45,529 bases of DNA, taken from assembly GCA_963169135.1 (NCBI GenBank), contig CAUJEQ010000262.1:1-45529 (forward strand). Reading direction: 5' to 3'. This stretch comes from Chloroflexota bacterium. GTDB taxonomy: Bacteria; Chloroflexota; Dehalococcoidia; Tepidiformales; Tepidiformaceae. The notes under the pieces are model-generated. The model saw only the letters and a program-made list of their open reading frames with translations. It did no database searches and was not told the DNA's origin. Both the position numbers and the translations under genes were made by a program. Shown piece after piece: positions 8,286 through 16,805 of this stretch; the stretch's first letter is position 1, and every line of letters starts with the position of its first letter.

Positions 8286-9959
8286 TCAGCCCGCTGCCAC
8301 CTCGACGGCCAGATCCGCACAGGGCTGGCCCAGGTAGCTGCCCTGGCCCTCGTCGCAACCGATGCTGCAGAGCATCTCGACATCCTCCGGTGACTCGACG
8401 CCTTCGCCGATGACTCGGATTCCAGCGTCGTGAACCAGCCGGATGACCCCTCTGAGTAGTCCGCGGTAGTGGCGAGAGCGAAGCTTCTCGCGGACAACGC
8501 TTCGATTGAGCTTCAGGGCCGTCACCGGGAAGTCCGCGAGCTGGCCAAGCTGTCCGACGCCAGACGCAAAGTCGTCCACAACCACTCCGACACCGAGGCG
8601 GCGAATCGCGCCGAGCACCTCCCCGGCGCCCCGTTCCTCGAGCCGGCGGGAATCGGAGATCTCGATGTCCAGCAGATCACCGTTCATGCCCTCGGTCAGG
8701 AGGAGCCGGCCAAGGCGGGCCGGAAAGAGCGGGTCGTGGAGCTGGTCCGCCGCGACGGGAACCGCCAGCCGGACCCCGGACCCACTGTGGTTCCGGACGT
8801 GGAGGCGAATGGCCTCCCTCAGCACCCATTCGCCAATGGCCACCATCTGTCCGGTCTGCTCGGCAAGCGGCAGAAACTCTTCTTGCGGGACGGCCCCGTG
8901 TCTCGGGTGGTGCCAGCACCCCACGGCCTGCACGGACACGATGCGCCCGGTGGTGAGGGCTCGAACGGGCTGATGGGCCAGCGAGATCTGTCCCCTGGAT
9001 ATCGCCATCTCCAGGTCTTGCCGGAGTGCAAGTTCCCGCATCGCGGCGCGCCCCATTGCGGGGCTGTAGGCCATGACCCCCGAGCGCGCGAGCTTGGCCG
9101 ACCCGAGGGCAAGGTCCGCGCAACGAAGGAGCGCGCTCGAATCCCGGCCATCCCGCGGCGCCAGTGCGATGCCAACACTGACCGAGAGGGGATGGCCAAG
9201 AAACTCGACTCCCCGCGAGCTGACATCCGCGCGGATGCGCCAGGCGCAGTCTTCGGCCTCGCCGCCCTCTGAGCCCGCGTCTCCGATCATCACGAGTACG
9301 AACTCGTCGCCACCAAGCCGGAAGGCCGCGGGGCCCCCCACCGCTTCGCGCAACACGTCCCCCATATTCCGAAGCGCCTGGTCGCCCTGCGCGTGGCCAA
9401 AACGGTCGTTGATCCCCTTGAAGTCGTCCATATCCATGAGCAGCAGGGCGACGTGTTCGCGCTGGCGCCAGGCCTCGTCCAGCCGCTCCAGCAGCGCCCG
9501 GCGGTTGCCGAGCCCTGTCAGTGGGTCAGTGAATGCCAGGTACTCCAGCTCCCGTGCGTGGTCCACCTCCGCGCTCACGTCTTCCTGGAACGCTACGTAA
9601 TGGGTCGGACTCGGATTGCCTACCGGGAGCGGTGTGACGGTCTGGGCCACCACGTAGAGGTCCCCATTCCGGGTCCGGTTCACCACCCGGGAGGTGAAAC
9701 TGCGCCCGGAGCGAATCTCGCTCCAGAGCCGGGCGTAGTAGTGCTCGTCGTGCAGCCCCGACTGGAGGATGCGCGGGTTCTGGCCGATGGCTTCCTCCGG
9801 TGACCAACCGGTGACGCGCCCAAACGCCGCGTTTGCCCAGATGATGGCGCCAGAGGCATCGGTTACGAAGACGACACTGCCGGCGGCCTCAAGAGCCGCC
9901 TGGGCCAGGGCTCGCGGCAGTTTCGCCGGGGAACCACCCGTTCGTGATGCAGGATTCAT
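8286..9959 (-). CDS. PAS-GGDEF-EAL protein (intact GGDEF, degenerate EAL)
   Basis: I chose the start at ATG 9959, which has an AAGAGG RBS, because the upstream ORF extension looks like junk. The PAS region is VVFVTDASGAIIWANAAFGRVTGWSPEEAIGQNPRILQSG. The GGDEF region is MDMDDFKGINDRFGHAQGD...FRLGGDEFVLV. EAL-domain landmarks include DDFASG, EGVES and QGSYLGQP. The EAL triplet reads QAV. Confidence 0.9.
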   Translation of the reverse strand: MNPASRTGGSPAKLPRALAQAALEAAGSVVFVTDASGAIIWANAAFGRVTGWSPEEAIGQNPRILQSGLHDEHYYARLWSEIRSGRSFTSRVVNRTRNGDLYVVAQTVTPLPVGNPSPTHYVAFQEDVSAEVDHARELEYLAFTDPLTGLGNRRALLERLDEAWRQREHVALLLMDMDDFKGINDRFGHAQGDQALRNMGDVLREAVGGPAAFRLGGDEFVLVMIGDAGSEGGEAEDCAWRIRADVSSRGVEFLGHPLSVSVGIALAPRDGRDSSALLRCADLALGSAKLARSGVMAYSPAMGRAAMRELALRQDLEMAISRGQISLAHQPVRALTTGRIVSVQAVGCWHHPRHGAVPQEEFLPLAEQTGQMVAIGEWVLREAIRLHVRNHSGSGVRLAVPVAADQLHDPLFPARLGRLLLTEGMNGDLLDIEISDSRRLEERGAGEVLGAIRRLGVGVVVDDFASGVGQLGQLADFPVTALKLNRSVVREKLRSRHYRGLLRGVIRLVHDAGIRVIGEGVESPEDVEMLCSIGCDEGQGSYLGQPCADLAVEVAAG

Positions 9960-10247
9960 TCTTGCCTCTTTCCAGCGTTGAACCGATCGAGTACCGGTTG
10001 CCTCGATAGACGGAAGGCCCGGGCCGGTGCCGGCCAGACGCAATCGCGCCAATCCTCTGGTCTTGTAGTCGGCAGCCTCGGATCGGACTTCAGTGCCGCC
10101 GCCACCCGGAGACACGTGAGATCCGAGGGTTTTCCCCCTCCGGCAACGGTGCCTTTCCTCCGTGGCAGTCGGGCCAGCCCCTACCGACTCCCAGAGTGAC
10201 GACACGGTGAACCGCAACTGGTTCGAAACTTTCGTCCGAGGGATTTG

Positions 10248-11084
10248 ATGACTACTTCGACTCCAATGCGAGTTATCCACGGGACCAACGGGCACATTGG
10301 CCTGGCCGCCTACCGGCCGGAGTTTGGCGCGCAGCTGCCCCGGGAGCGGTGCGTGGCGGTGGTGCTTTCGAGTCCCGGTGACCGTTCCACGCAGCTTCTG
10401 CCCGTACTGGCCGGACTGGGAGTGACGGCCATCGACCGGTTCTTTGACGGCGAAGCGCACCGCATCGTCGCCGCGCTCCGGCCCGAGTTGGCCATCCTGG
10501 TCTGCGACCCGACGCAGCCGGAGGGCGGCGAAATGATTCGGACCATAGCCGCGAGCCGCGCCGGCCGCCTGCTGGTGGTCGATACCGGGGGATCGGCAGC
10601 CGGAACTATTGCCGCCCTGGAGCTCGGCGCCGATGCCACGCTCAGCGATCGCGATGACGCTGCCATTGTGCGCGCGACGCTGACTTCACTGCTCCGGCGC
10701 GTGCACTCACCCCACCAGCCCAACCTTCCGCCTGCTGAACCACAGCAGCTGCGTGTCGGCGCGCTGACTATTGATCGGGACACCTGCGAGGCCCGTCATG
10801 ACGGCGAGCTCGTGCCGCTCACGCGCACGGAGTTCCAGATCCTGAGGCATCTCGCGTCCCGGCCCGGGAAGGTGCAGAGTCCGGGCAAGATCATGTCGGC
10901 CATCCACGAGTACACCTACACCGATGTCGAGGCTCAGCAGGCTGTCAAGGTGTACATCCGCCGGATCCGCCGAAAGCTTGCCGACTGCTCCAGCCAGTCA
11001 GTTGAAATCCTCAACTCCCGTTCGTTCGGGTACCGGCTCCAGGCCACGTCAGCGGCAGAGCTCGTCGAGGAGTCCGCCGCCTGA
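10248..11084 (+). CDS. OmpR/PhoB-type winged-helix regulator with atypical (pseudo-)receiver domain
   Basis: The C-terminus LRVGALTIDRDTCEARHDGELVPLTRTEFQILRHLA...VKVYIRRIRRKL...GYRL matches Trans_reg_C. The N-terminal receiver-like fold lacks the acidic DD pair and the conserved Lys. A GAGGGA RBS lies 4 nt before ATG 10248, and a TTG at 10245 is also possible. Confidence 0.8.
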   Translation: MTTSTPMRVIHGTNGHIGLAAYRPEFGAQLPRERCVAVVLSSPGDRSTQLLPVLAGLGVTAIDRFFDGEAHRIVAALRPELAILVCDPTQPEGGEMIRTIAASRAGRLLVVDTGGSAAGTIAALELGADATLSDRDDAAIVRATLTSLLRRVHSPHQPNLPPAEPQQLRVGALTIDRDTCEARHDGELVPLTRTEFQILRHLASRPGKVQSPGKIMSAIHEYTYTDVEAQQAVKVYIRRIRRKLADCSSQSVEILNSRSFGYRLQATSAAELVEESAA

Positions 11085-11136
11085 CCCGCCTGCCTCCTGT
11101 CGCACACCAGACCTCCCGCCTGAGAGGAGTGCCCGC

Positions 11137-12345
11137 ATGCGCGCCCGTACCGCCCTCCTGATCGACCCGCGCGGCGAAATGCCGCAGGCGGCGTTGGCGG
11201 AACTCGAACGGGCCGGTATCACCGTCGCGGAGACCACCGGCTATGGGCTCGATGCGCTCCAGGCCGCGTTCACTGTGCGGCCCGCCCTGATCCTCATAGG
11301 CATATCTGACCCCGTCGCCCGCCCCCTCGACCTCATCAGGCGCATTCACGACGCTCTCCCGGACTCGGTTATCGTCGGTGTCATCGACACGTCCGCCAGA
11401 GACGCTTTCGAACACGCCATCGCGGCGGGAGCTGCGGTTTGCCTCGATACCCGGGATCCGCAGGCGGCGTTTGCACTCGCGATTGGCTCGGCCCGGCGCC
11501 ACTACGAGCGGCTGCAGCACGGCGAACGTCTCGCGGCCATTGAGGGCGGCCAGGTAATCACCGTACTCGGGGCCAAGGGCGGCGTCGGCAAGACCACCAT
11601 CGCGACGAACCTCGCGATCGCCCTCGAACGAGCGTCCCAGGGGGCCGTAGCCCTGGTGGACGGCGACCCGCTCTTCGGCGACGTGGCGCTCTCCATGGAC
11701 CTGCCCGTGCAGAGTTCGCTCGCGGATGCGGTTGCGGACCTGTCTTCGCCGGAGCCCCGGGACATCCGGGAATTCTTGACGCCCTCGTTCAACGTTTCGG
11801 TGCTCCCGGCTCGCGCCAGGGCACTCGACGGAGCGCTGGTGACCGGCGACGACCTGGCGGCGGTTGTCGCACGGCTTCGCCAGTCGTTCGACTTCGTGGT
11901 CATCGATACCGGCGGAGCCTTCACCGACCTGTCAACGGCGGCGGCCGATGCCGCAACCACGCAGATCCTGGTCACCACGACCGAACTGAACAGCGTGCGC
12001 GATGCAGCCCGCGCCATCCGGTGGTTGCGGCAACGCGGGGGGCTGGGCGCCCCTGTGCCCCAGTTACTCCAGAACCGCGCTGGCATGCGCGGAGGACTGT
12101 CCCGGCCGGAAGTCGAGCGCGAGCTCGGCGTCTCCGTCGTATGGTCCGTTGCGGAAGACAAGCGTCTTTTGCAGGCGATGCAGGCCGGCGTCCCGGTTGT
12201 AGAGCGTTACCCGAACTGCCCTGCCGCGGTTGCGATTCGGGGACTGGCCTCTTCGTTCGTCCACGTGCACGGCAGCCTCCGGCGGCCCCCGCCTGGCAAC
12301 GCAGGCAGGCGCCCCCTTGCCAGGCTCTTTCCCTATACGGCCTAG
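11137..12345 (+). CDS. CpaE/TadZ-like ParA/MinD-family ATPase with N-terminal pseudo-receiver
   Basis: ATG 11137 is preceded by a GAGAGGAG RBS. The deviant Walker A is VITVLGAKGGVGKTTIATNLAIAL. LVDGDPLFGDVALSMDL is typical of CpaE/TadZ. The N-terminal approximately 120 aa are receiver-like but have Gly at the phospho-Asp position (LILIGISDP). Confidence 0.8.
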   Translation: MRARTALLIDPRGEMPQAALAELERAGITVAETTGYGLDALQAAFTVRPALILIGISDPVARPLDLIRRIHDALPDSVIVGVIDTSARDAFEHAIAAGAAVCLDTRDPQAAFALAIGSARRHYERLQHGERLAAIEGGQVITVLGAKGGVGKTTIATNLAIALERASQGAVALVDGDPLFGDVALSMDLPVQSSLADAVADLSSPEPRDIREFLTPSFNVSVLPARARALDGALVTGDDLAAVVARLRQSFDFVVIDTGGAFTDLSTAAADAATTQILVTTTELNSVRDAARAIRWLRQRGGLGAPVPQLLQNRAGMRGGLSRPEVERELGVSVVWSVAEDKRLLQAMQAGVPVVERYPNCPAAVAIRGLASSFVHVHGSLRRPPPGNAGRRPLARLFPYTA

Positions 12346-12427
12346 GTGGATCACCCGGGTCGGCCGCGGGTGTTCCCCGAGAGTGGTTCAGGGGTTTTAC
12401 CGCGTCGGTTAGGGGAGGAATTCCACC

Positions 12428-12486
12428 CGGGGTTGGGTAACAACCCCGCGTACCCGCGGGAACCGGGCAGTCCCAGAGTTGTTACC
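12428..12486 (+). promoter_or_regulatory. Structured 5' leader with mutually exclusive helices upstream of the sigma-factor gene
   Basis: Helix A pairs 12428-12435 with 12441-12448 (cggggttg/caaccccg). It competes with helix B, 12436-12444 paired with 12478-12486 (ggtaacaac/gttgttacc). It also competes with nested helix C, 12445-12450 paired with 12455-12460 (cccgcg/cgcggg). Confidence 0.3.
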
Positions 12487-12533
12487 AGCCAGCCACTCGC
12501 ATGGCGGGGGGCTTCACGGTCAAGGAGCAACCA

Positions 12534-13256
12534 ATGCAAAACGCAAAATCACTGCTGTCGTCCGAAGAACGCGACAGGTTGATCGAAGAGCATCTTCCGC
12601 TCGTCCGCTATGTCGTCCGCAAGATGCACATCGCGAACCCGCCCGCGGGCCTCGACTTTGATGACCTCGTGGGACACGGCACCCTGGGCCTCATCCAGGC
12701 GGTGGACCGTTTCGATGGCGGCCAGGGTGTTCAGTTCAGCAGCTTCGCCATCACCCGCATCCGCGGAGCCGTCCTCGATGCACTCCGGTCGCTGGACCCT
12801 ATCGGGCGCCCTACGCGGACGATGGCCAAGCTCATCGACACGACATTCAACACGCTGGCCCTGGAGCTTGGTCGCGAACCAACCGCCTGCGAGGTGCAGC
12901 AGGCTTCCGGGATCGAGCCGGACCGGTACTGGCGGGCACGGGCGGCCGCGAACATGACACTTGTCCCCTTCGAACACCCTTCTTCCGAAGAACACGGCTG
13001 GGAGGAACGCATTGCGGACGAGACCGAGAACGTCTCGGCCAGGCTCGAACACCAGGACATGGTGAGCAGCCTTGGGGCGGCGGTCGCGACTCTGCCCGAC
13101 CGCGAACGGCTGATCCTCTCCCTCTATTACGTTGAGGGACTCACACTCAAGGATGTTGCGCGTGCACTGGACATCTCGGAGACGCGGGTGTCGCAGCTGA
13201 TGCACCGCGCGTACACCCGCCTCCGCACCAACCCGGCGCTCGCCGGCGCCGCCTGA
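12534..13256 (+). CDS. RNA polymerase sigma factor, FliA/WhiG (sigma-28) family
   Basis: An AAGGAG RBS lies 6 nt before ATG 12534, and an in-frame ATG at 12501 is less likely. Region 2 is DDLVGHGTLGLIQAVDRFDGGQGVQFSSFAITRIRGAVLDALR. Region 4 is LSLYYVEGLTLKDVARALDISETRVSQLMHRAYTRLR, which is FliA-like. Confidence 0.85.
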   Translation: MQNAKSLLSSEERDRLIEEHLPLVRYVVRKMHIANPPAGLDFDDLVGHGTLGLIQAVDRFDGGQGVQFSSFAITRIRGAVLDALRSLDPIGRPTRTMAKLIDTTFNTLALELGREPTACEVQQASGIEPDRYWRARAAANMTLVPFEHPSSEEHGWEERIADETENVSARLEHQDMVSSLGAAVATLPDRERLILSLYYVEGLTLKDVARALDISETRVSQLMHRAYTRLRTNPALAGAA

Positions 13257-13368
13257 CGAGTGGAAACCGGCATTGGCAAGCCTTGCGGGTGGCGAATGAG
13301 GTTGCCCACTCATTGCAATGCCACCCGTCGGGAACTATGGTGTTCATAACTACTGGGGGCGGTTGCTC

Positions 13369-14073
13369 ATGCCCTTGGACTCTCGTCACGGCATTTCGAA
13401 GGGGCCACCACTCCGGGTAATCCTTGCGGACGATCATGTGCTCCTCCGCCATGCCCTGGCGACACTGCTTGACTCTCGTCCCGATGTGGAAGTTGTCGCC
13501 GAAGCCGCTGACGGACACGAGGCCATCGAAGCCACCGAACAGTGGCACCCGGATGTCGTCATCATGGATGTCGGAATGCCCCGCATGAACGGCATCGAGG
13601 CTACCCGTCAGATTCATGCCCGTTTTCCCGCAACGAAGATCGTGATACTCAGCGCGTACGGCGATACGGCAGTTGTGGGGGAAGCACTCGCTGCAGGCGC
13701 CTGTGGCTTCATCATCAAGCGTTCGGACATCGAAGAACTGGGGCTGGCGCTCCGGCTCATCTCAACAGGCAATATCTACGTTTCGAGCGAGCTTGCCGCG
13801 CACATGGATGTCGCCGAGGTGACTTTCGCGGCGAAGAACAATTCACAGGCGCCCTCCGGACTGACTGACCGGGAACGTGAGGTCCTGCAACTAATTGCCG
13901 AGGGCCACACCATGCGCGTGATCGCGGAAATGCTCGTCATTAGCGTAAAGACGGTTGAAGGACACAACAGCCGCATCATGGCGAAGATTGGCGCCAAGAA
14001 CCGTGCGGACCTCGTCCGTTACGCAATCGAAGCGGGCCTTGTGCGGTCCGAAGCGCCGTCGCGGCGGGCCTGA
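13369..14073 (+). CDS. NarL/FixJ-family response regulator (REC + LuxR HTH)
   Basis: The receiver is canonical: RVILADDH, VVIMDVGMPRMNG, ILSAY, IIKRS. The C-terminus is LTDREREVLQLIAEGHTMRVIAEMLVISVKTVEGHNSRIMAKIG. The start is uncertain between 13318 and 13369. Confidence 0.9.
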   Translation: MPLDSRHGISKGPPLRVILADDHVLLRHALATLLDSRPDVEVVAEAADGHEAIEATEQWHPDVVIMDVGMPRMNGIEATRQIHARFPATKIVILSAYGDTAVVGEALAAGACGFIIKRSDIEELGLALRLISTGNIYVSSELAAHMDVAEVTFAAKNNSQAPSGLTDREREVLQLIAEGHTMRVIAEMLVISVKTVEGHNSRIMAKIGAKNRADLVRYAIEAGLVRSEAPSRRA

Positions 14074-14109
14074 CACCGCCGCACTGGCTCCTGGGAAGGG
14101 CAGATCACC

Positions 14110-16038
14110 GTGAGCGAACCCGTACCTCCTGAACCCCCTCGGGGACCTATCGGAACTGGCGACCCGTTCCTGGAACTGCTCCTCGACTCGATCCCGAGCA
14201 TGGTGTTCGTGAAGCGCGCAGACGACCTGTCCTTCGTCCGGGTCAACCGCGCGGCGCACGACTTCGCCGGACTGCCTGAGGGCGCGCTCGCGGGGAAGAC
14301 GGACTTCGATATCTTCACAACCAGCACAGCCCTCCGGCAGCAGGAGCGCGACCGGGCGGTGCTCGCGACCGGCCGCCCGTGGCAGCTCCCGGAGGAACCT
14401 TTTGATACGCCGAACGGCCGCCGGTGGCTGTGGGCCCACTCCGTTCCTGTCGCTACCCTGACGGGAAGACCCGACTTCTTGATTTCGGTCGCCAGGGACG
14501 TCACCGAGCAACACCTGTTGAGGGTGACTTCGGCGGCGTGGAGGGAGATCTTCGAACACGCGGACTGGGGCATCGTGGTCGCCAGCGCCGATGGGACGCG
14601 GCTTGAGCGCATGAACCCCGCGTTTGCCCGGATGCATGGCTACACCGTGGCCGAACTGGAAGGCTCGTCGCTCCTCGATGTCTTCGCGCCCGATGCGCGC
14701 GCCGAAATCCCGGCCCTCATCGAGTCGGCACACCGCCAGGGACACATCACCTTCGAGTCCGTGCACATCCGCAAGGATGGCTCGACATTCCCGGTGCTGA
14801 TCGACGCCACCGCCGTAAAGGACGAACTGGGCGCCACCCTGTACACGGCCGCCAACGTCCAGGACATCTCCCTGCTCAAGGAAGTAGAAGACGGGCTCCG
14901 CGCCGCCCGTGCCGAGGCTGACCGCGCGAATGATGCAAAGAGCGAGTTTCTCTCTCGAGTGAGCCATGAGTTGCGAACTCCCCTCAATGTCATCCTGGGC
15001 TTCGCGCAGGTGCTCCAACTCGATGAACTGGCGCCCGCCCAAACGGAGAGCGTGGGCCACATCCTGGGCGCCGGCCGCCACCTCCTGGCGTTGATCGACG
15101 ACATCCTCGATATCTCGCGCGTCGAAACCGGAAATGTCGACCTTTCGATCGAGTCAGTCGCGGTGAGGGACACCGTCGAGCAAGTGCTCGATCTGATGAG
15201 GCCACTGGCGGCACTGTCGGGAGTGACGCTCAACAACGCCAGCCCCGACTGCGCGTGTAACGTTTCCGCCGACCACCAACGCCTGCAGCAGGTGCTCCTG
15301 AACCTGGTCTCGAACGCCATCAAGTACAACGTGGAGGGTGGGAGCGTGACCTTTTCCTGTGGCGAAGACGTGGCGGCCATTGCGCTTTCTGTAGCGGACA
15401 CCGGGATCGGCTTGCCACCGGACGCGATAGATCGCCTGTTCGAACCATTCGACCGGCTCGGCAGAGATGGAATGGGAATCGAGGGCACCGGGCTCGGCTT
15501 GAGCCTGAGCAAGGGCCTGGTGGAGGCCATGGGCGGCAGGATCAGCGCTTTGCCGAACCCGGGCGATGGAACCACGTTCACCGTGCAGCTCCCGCGCGCG
15601 GACGCACCCGAGAGCCGCGCCAGGATCGCACCTGTCGAAGCCATCGCCGCCGGACACTCGACCGGGCTCGTGCTGTACATCGAAGACAACCTGGCCAACT
15701 TCCGGCTCATCGAGCAGGTGCTCTCGCGGCGCACGGGAGTGCGTGTCCTGCCGGCGATGCAGGCCGGGCTCGGCCTTCAACTTGCCCGCGCCCACCAGCC
15801 AGACCTGATCATCCTGGACCTCCACCTGCCGGACATGAAGGGCGAAGAGGTGCTGCGGCGGTTGCTCCGCGACCCGGCGACCGCCTCCATCCCGGTGGTG
15901 ATAGCCAGCGCGGACGCCACCGCGCGGCAGCTGGAACGGCTGCTCGAACTCGGCGCCCGTGCGTACCTGACCAAGCCCATCGATGTACGCAAGCTGCTAG
16001 AGACCGTCGACGAATTCCTGCCCGTGCCGGGCGCGTAG
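14110..16038 (+). CDS. Hybrid sensor histidine kinase (PAS-PAS-HisKA-HATPase_c-REC), cytoplasmic
   Basis: The ORF has a GTG start and two PAS-like regions. The H-box is FLSRVSHELRTPLN, with N/G boxes (NAIKYN, DTGIGL, GTGLGLS). The C-terminal receiver is VLYIEDNLANF...LIILDLHLPDMKG...YLTKP. I see no hydrophobic TM segment. Confidence 0.9.
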   Translation: MSEPVPPEPPRGPIGTGDPFLELLLDSIPSMVFVKRADDLSFVRVNRAAHDFAGLPEGALAGKTDFDIFTTSTALRQQERDRAVLATGRPWQLPEEPFDTPNGRRWLWAHSVPVATLTGRPDFLISVARDVTEQHLLRVTSAAWREIFEHADWGIVVASADGTRLERMNPAFARMHGYTVAELEGSSLLDVFAPDARAEIPALIESAHRQGHITFESVHIRKDGSTFPVLIDATAVKDELGATLYTAANVQDISLLKEVEDGLRAARAEADRANDAKSEFLSRVSHELRTPLNVILGFAQVLQLDELAPAQTESVGHILGAGRHLLALIDDILDISRVETGNVDLSIESVAVRDTVEQVLDLMRPLAALSGVTLNNASPDCACNVSADHQRLQQVLLNLVSNAIKYNVEGGSVTFSCGEDVAAIALSVADTGIGLPPDAIDRLFEPFDRLGRDGMGIEGTGLGLSLSKGLVEAMGGRISALPNPGDGTTFTVQLPRADAPESRARIAPVEAIAAGHSTGLVLYIEDNLANFRLIEQVLSRRTGVRVLPAMQAGLGLQLARAHQPDLIILDLHLPDMKGEEVLRRLLRDPATASIPVVIASADATARQLERLLELGARAYLTKPIDVRKLLETVDEFLPVPGA

Positions 16039-16161
16039 GACGGCCCGCTGCACCGGGCAGCCTCCTCAGCGGTGAGTGGCCTCCCGGGAATGGCGCCAGG
16101 GCGCCATCCGCCCGATCTCAGTGGTAAAGTGGCGCCACCACGCCTTCTCACCAGGAGCACC

Positions 16162-16803
16162 ATGCCGATCCGCATCATCATTGCCGACGACCATGCCGTG
16201 GTTCGCCAGGGCCTACGCATGTTCCTTGGGCTGGACGACGACTTCGAGATCATCGGTGAGGCCCAGAACGGCGCGGAGGCGGTCGAACTCGCGCGCAGGC
16301 TCCAGCCCGACGTCGTGCTCATGGACCTGCTCATGCCCGTCATGGACGGGATCACGGCCATCGGCCAAATCCGGCGCGAGATGCCAGACATCGAAGTCAT
16401 CGCCCTGACGAGCGTGCTCGAAGACGCTTCGGTGGTTGGCGCCGTGAAAGCTGGCGCGATCGGTTACCTGCTGAAGGATACCCAGTCCGATGAGTTGCGG
16501 AGGGCGATCAAAGCGGCGGCCCAGGGGCAGGTTCAGCTTTCTCCCCAGGCAGCCGCGCGATTGATGCGCGAGGTGCGCACACCGGAATCACCCGAGACGC
16601 TGACCGACCGGGAAACGGAGGTGCTGCGGCTCCTCGCCGCCGGCTATGCCAACAAAGAGATCGCCCGCGACCTGGTGATCGGCGAAAAGACGGTGAAGAC
16701 CCACGTCAGCAACATCCTGGCAAAGCTGGGAGTGCAGTCGCGCACCCAGGCCGCGCTGTACGCGGTCCGGATCGGCCTCGTCCCGGCGCCTCCCGAGGGC
16801 TAG
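16162..16803 (+). CDS. NarL/FixJ-family response regulator (REC + LuxR HTH)
   Basis: An AGGAG RBS precedes ATG 16162. Receiver motifs are [33 protein letters not shown] and YLLKD. The C-terminus is [44 protein letters not shown]. Confidence 0.92.
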   Translation: MPIRIIIADDHAVVRQGLRMFLGLDDDFEIIGEAQNGAEAVELARRLQPDVVLMDLLMPVMDGITAIGQIRREMPDIEVIALTSVLEDASVVGAVKAGAIGYLLKDTQSDELRRAIKAAAQGQVQLSPQAAARLMREVRTPESPETLTDRETEVLRLLAAGYANKEIARDLVIGEKTVKTHVSNILAKLGVQSRTQAALYAVRIGLVPAPPEG

Positions 16804-16805
16804 CC

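Noticed and set aside
10220-10229. GGTTCGAAAC resembles a tRNA T-loop.
   Set aside because: The flanking bases cannot form a T-stem or the other cloverleaf arms, so no tRNA can be folded here.
9960-10460. The GGDEF-EAL ORF extends 167 codons upstream, giving 724 aa in the track.
   Set aside because: The extension is low-complexity and basic with no domain. It would overlap the divergent OmpR-type gene. An internal ATG at 9959 has an AAGAGG RBS and starts right before the PAS domain.
10924-11136. The TadZ-like ORF extends upstream, giving 473 aa in the track.
   Set aside because: The extension overlaps the 3' end of the OmpR-type gene in another frame and is Ser/Pro/Arg-rich. ATG 11137 has a strong GAGAGGAG RBS.
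12346-12533. I considered a c-di-GMP (GEMM-type) riboswitch in the sigma-gene leader, given the nearby GGDEF-EAL gene.
   Set aside because: I could not find the conserved GEMM-I or GEMM-II sequence blocks. Only generic alternative helices are visible, so the region is reported as an unclassified structured leader.
13891-15734. Minus-strand ORFs of 396 aa (13891-15081) and 364 aa (14640-15734) lie opposite the hybrid kinase.
   Set aside because: They are shadow ORFs. The plus strand carries H-box, N/G-box and receiver motifs, and the antisense translations are low-complexity.
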